This document shows positions 60,788 to 64,000 of a stretch of DNA of 64,000 nucleotides, one piece after another (position 1 is the stretch's first letter; each line of letters opens with the position of its first letter). The notes beneath the pieces are model-generated. The model did no database searches, was not told the DNA's origin, and saw nothing but the letters and a program-made list of their open reading frames with translations. Location of the stretch: contig CAXXVO010000018.1 in assembly GCA_963422645.2 (NCBI GenBank), positions 64,001-128,000 on the forward strand, written 5' to 3'. The position numbers and the translations under genes are program-made. Origin of the DNA: Alphaproteobacteria bacterium (GTDB taxonomy: Bacteria > Pseudomonadota > Alphaproteobacteria > UBA828).

Positions 60788-61531
60788 CTAGCCGCCCGCA
60801 GCACGGCGGCCGAGCGGTGGCGCAGCCTCCTCCGCTTCGCCCTCGGACGACGGTGCGTCCTTGGGCTCCGCGGCTGCGGCCTGCTCCAGCTCCTCCACGC
60901 GGTCTCTGAGCACGCGGACCTCGGCCAGCAGCTTCTCGACGGCGCGTGTCGTCGGGTCGGCGATATCGGGCGAGGGTGTGCCGTAGGCGTCGAATGACGA
61001 CGCCTCCCTCTTCGCCTCGGTGGGGCCCGCGGCCCGCGCCGGAATGCCCACCATCGTGGCGCCGGGCGGCACGTCCTTGAGCACCACGGCGTTGGCGCCG
61101 ATGCGCGCATCGCGCCCGACCGTGATCGGGCCCAGCACCTGGGCGCCCGCGCCGACCACCACGCCATCGCCCACCGTGGGATGCCGCTTGCCCGGCGACC
61201 AGGTGACGCCGCCGAGGGTGACCTGATGATAGAGCGTCACATCGTCGCCGATCACCGAGGTCTCGCCGATGACCACGCCCATGCCGTGGTCGATGAAGAG
61301 GCGGCGGCCGATCTGGGCGCCGGGATGAATTTCGATGCCCGTGACCATGCGGCCCACGTGGGACACGAAGCGGCCGAGCAGGCGGAAGCCGCTCTGCCAG
61401 AGGCAGTGCGACAGGTGATAGAAGAGCAGCGCGTGGAACCCCGGATAGCAGAAAAACACCTCGATTCTGGAGCGGACCGCAGGGTCGCGACCGAACACGC
61501 AGCCGATGTCTTCCCAAATTCGCTTGAACAT
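60788..61531 (-). CDS. cysE: Serine O-acetyltransferase
   Basis: [39 protein letters not shown]. Confidence 0.95.
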   Translation of the reverse strand: MFKRIWEDIGCVFGRDPAVRSRIEVFFCYPGFHALLFYHLSHCLWQSGFRLLGRFVSHVGRMVTGIEIHPGAQIGRRLFIDHGMGVVIGETSVIGDDVTLYHQVTLGGVTWSPGKRHPTVGDGVVVGAGAQVLGPITVGRDARIGANAVVLKDVPPGATMVGIPARAAGPTEAKREASSFDAYGTPSPDIADPTTRAVEKLLAEVRVLRDRVEELEQAAAAEPKDAPSSEGEAEEAAPPLGRRAAGG

Positions 61532-61734
61532 GGCGCTGTCGTCCGTATATCAATGGCCGGCGCGGAGTGCCGCCGCCGGCCGAATACCCGTGTGATGGAC
61601 GGGATATAGAGTTCCCGACTACAGCGGTCAAGTATATGCGCCGCGTTGCGTGGGGAGAGAAAGGCCGCCATGCGTCGCCGGCACCGGTCGCGCCCTGTTC
61701 CTGCTCAGCAGCATTCGGAGCCGATGAGTCGCCC

Positions 61735-62373
61735 ATGCCGGAAGTGATGATCAACGGGCCCGAGGGCCGTCTCCAGGCGCGCTACCAGCAGTCCGAGGAC
61801 CCGCGCGCGCCCATCGCGCTGTTGCTGCACCCGCACCCGCAGCACGGCGGCACGATGAACAACAAGATCGTCCACGCGCTCTACCACACCTTCCTCCGGC
61901 AGTCGTTCTCGGTCATCCGCTTCAACTTTCGCGGCGTCGGCCGCTCCCAGGGGCAGTACGATCACGGGCAGGGCGAGCTGAGCGACGCCGCTTCGGTGCT
62001 CGACTGGCTGCAGATACAGAATGCTGGTGCCGACCGCTGCTGGATCGCCGGCTTCTCCTTCGGCGCCTGGATCGCCATGCAGCTGCTGATGCGCCGGCCG
62101 GAGATCGAAGGCTTCGTCGCCGTCTCACCGCCGGCCAACAAGTTCGACTTCACCTTCCTCGCGCCCTGCCCGTCGTCGGGCCTGATCGTCCACGGCGGCG
62201 CCGACGATCTGGTGCCCGAGCCCGAGGTGGCGGAGCTCGCGAAGAAGCTGCAGAGCCAGCGCCAGATCGAGATCGACTACGACGTGATCGAGCGCGCCGG
62301 CCACTTCTACGAGCGCGAGCTCGGCACCCTGTCGAAGATCGTCGAAAGCTACGTCGCCCGCCGCCTCGACTGA
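61735..62373 (+). CDS. Alpha/beta hydrolase
   Basis: GPEGRL, HPHPQHGGTMNN, RFNFRGVGRSQG, GFSFG nucleophile elbow. Confidence 0.88.
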   Translation: MPEVMINGPEGRLQARYQQSEDPRAPIALLLHPHPQHGGTMNNKIVHALYHTFLRQSFSVIRFNFRGVGRSQGQYDHGQGELSDAASVLDWLQIQNAGADRCWIAGFSFGAWIAMQLLMRRPEIEGFVAVSPPANKFDFTFLAPCPSSGLIVHGGADDLVPEPEVAELAKKLQSQRQIEIDYDVIERAGHFYERELGTLSKIVESYVARRLD

Positions 62374-63467
62374 CGCGGGTGAAAGGCTCCGCCGCTCACC
62401 GGGTGGGGGACGCCCGTTGTGCGCGGCAGGCTGAGCGCGAGCCCCCGCCGGCTGCGCACGGCGAGGTAGCCGAAGGCCTGCGCCTCCAGCGCATCGCCCA
62501 GCCAGCCGACGCGCTCCACCGCATCGCAGGGCACACCGAGGCGCTCGCCAAGCGCCGCCATGAGCGCCGGGTTGTGACGCCCGCCGCCGGTCACCAGCCA
62601 GCGCAGAGGCACCGCAGGCATGTGCGCGAGCGCGCGGCGCACGGCCTCCGCCGTGAAGGCCACCAGGGTCGCGGCGCCATCGCCCGCCGATAGTCCGCTG
62701 ATGGGCGCTGGGTCGAAGGCGTTGCGATCCAGCGACTTGGGCGCTTCTGCGTCGAAATAGGGGTGCGCCAGCAGGGCCTTGAGCGCGACGGGGTCGACCG
62801 TGCCGGAGCGCGCGAGCTTGCCGTCGCGGTCGAGCGCGGCCCCGCTCCTGCTCAGCACCCAGTCGTCGATCAGCGCACAGCCCGGGCCCGTGTCGAAGGC
62901 CAGCAGGTCCTCATCGGCCGGCCCCCCGATCCAGGTGACGTTGGCGACACCGCCGAGATTGAGCACGGCGAGCGGCGCGGCGAGCCCGCTGCGGCGGGCC
63001 AGCGCCGCATCAAAGAGCGGCACCAGCGGCGCCCCCTGCCCGCCCGCAGCCACATCGTTGCTGCGAAAATCGTTCACCACGTCGATCCCGAGCCGGCGAA
63101 CCAGCGCCGCGCCGTCCCCGATCTGGAGGGTTAGCCCGGCTTCGGGCTCGTGACGGATCGTGTGGCCGTGGAAGCCCGCGACGGCGATCTTCTCCCTTCG
63201 CACGCCGGTCTCTGCCAACAGCGCCTCCGCAACGTCCGCGTGGAACTCGGTCAGCGCGCGCTCCGCCTCCTCGCGCCCGCCCCGCCCCTCGATCACCGCC
63301 CGGAGCCGCTTGCGCAGATCGTCTGAATAAAGGGCGGTGCGCCACGGGCCGAAGCCCGAGACGGTGACGCCATCGGTCTCGATCAGCGCCGCGTCGACTC
63401 CGTCGAGCGACGTGCCGCTCATCAGGCCGAGGGCCCAGACTGGCCCCTCCGGCAGCGCGCCGCTCAT
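62349..63467 (-). CDS. anmK: Anhydro-N-acetylmuramic acid kinase
   Basis: GLMSGTSLDGVDAA, GFHG.TI.H, DFR..DVAAGGQGAPLVP, NLGGVAN, FDTGPG, GGGRHN, EAQAF. Confidence 0.95.
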   Translation of the reverse strand: MSGALPEGPVWALGLMSGTSLDGVDAALIETDGVTVSGFGPWRTALYSDDLRKRLRAVIEGRGGREEAERALTEFHADVAEALLAETGVRREKIAVAGFHGHTIRHEPEAGLTLQIGDGAALVRRLGIDVVNDFRSNDVAAGGQGAPLVPLFDAALARRSGLAAPLAVLNLGGVANVTWIGGPADEDLLAFDTGPGCALIDDWVLSRSGAALDRDGKLARSGTVDPVALKALLAHPYFDAEAPKSLDRNAFDPAPISGLSAGDGAATLVAFTAEAVRRALAHMPAVPLRWLVTGGGRHNPALMAALGERLGVPCDAVERVGWLGDALEAQAFGYLAVRSRRGLALSLPRTTGVPHPVSGGAFHPRQSRRRAT

Positions 63468-63583
63468 CGGCGCCACATGGAGGGACGGGCGTCGCGTTGT
63501 CCGCGCGCAGGCCCTGTGATACATGACCGCGCGCCCCGGCGCCCTGCGCGGGCCGCCGGGCGGAAGGGCAGCCAGCAGGTCGA

Positions 63584-64000
63584 GTGACGGTGTTCTCCTC
63601 CGATTTCATGCGCGTGCTGTCTGAGCGCGGCTACATCCACCAGTGCACCGACGACACGGCGCTCGATGCACTCGCCGCGCAGGAGCGCGTGAGCGCCTAC
63701 ATCGGCTTCGACTGCACCGCCGACAGCCTGCATGTCGGCAGCCTCGTGCAGATCATGATGCTGCGCTGGCTGCAGAAGACAGGTCACCAGCCCATCGTGC
63801 TCCTCGGCGGCGGCACGACGAAGATCGGCGACCCGAGCGGGCGCGACGAATCGCGGACATTGCTCACCGAAGACGCCATCGCCGCCAACAAGAAGGGCAT
63901 CCGGCGCTCGTTCGATCGCTTCCTCTCCTTCGGCGACGGGGCCACCGACGCGCTGCTCGTCGACAATGCCGACTGGCTCGACGCGCTCGGCTACATCCCG
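63584..64000 (+). CDS. tyrS: Tyrosine--tRNA ligase (5' part, runs off the window)
   Basis: [24 protein letters not shown] (HIGH-like), [13 protein letters not shown]. Confidence 0.93.
   Translation, partial: MTVFSSDFMRVLSERGYIHQCTDDTALDALAAQERVSAYIGFDCTADSLHVGSLVQIMMLRWLQKTGHQPIVLLGGGTTKIGDPSGRDESRTLLTEDAIAANKKGIRRSFDRFLSFGDGATDALLVDNADWLDALGYIP

Noticed and set aside
62349-62373. 25-bp convergent overlap of anmK and the alpha/beta hydrolase
   Set aside because: Short tail-to-tail overlaps are common; no further signal

Overview
GC-rich bacterial chromosomal segment; the core genes (rpmE, xerD-aroK-aroB, accA, ccmABC, acnA, rnd, mnmA, cysE-iscR-cysteine desulfurase-fdx, anmK, tyrS) and their order suggest an Alphaproteobacterium. 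The first ~29 kb is accessory. It holds (i) a peptide/nickel-family ABC importer operon with three tandem, equal-length (246 aa) DUF1028 Ntn-hydrolase-like paralogs between the permeases and ATPases; (ii) a MarR-linked catabolic cluster (MppR-like acetoacetate-decarboxylase-family enzyme, FAH-family hydrolase, glutamine-synthetase-like ligase, P450, LigB-type dioxygenase) whose two divergent promoters share a palindrome ATCGTTCG-N4-CGAACGAT; (iii) a cobalt-type nitrile-hydratase-family enzyme with a split beta subunit (thiocyanate-hydrolase-like gene layout) beside an amidohydrolase and AcuI; (iv) a nested pile of IS remnants around an intact IS21; and (v) a thiolase/HMGS-DUF35/MaoC/SDR/SnoaL cluster. 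The rest is mostly housekeeping, with an uncharacterised MotA/MotB-like pair and a family of dispersed intergenic repeats. No rRNA, tRNA or CRISPR array was seen. Family assignments come from recognising motifs by eye, not from database searches.
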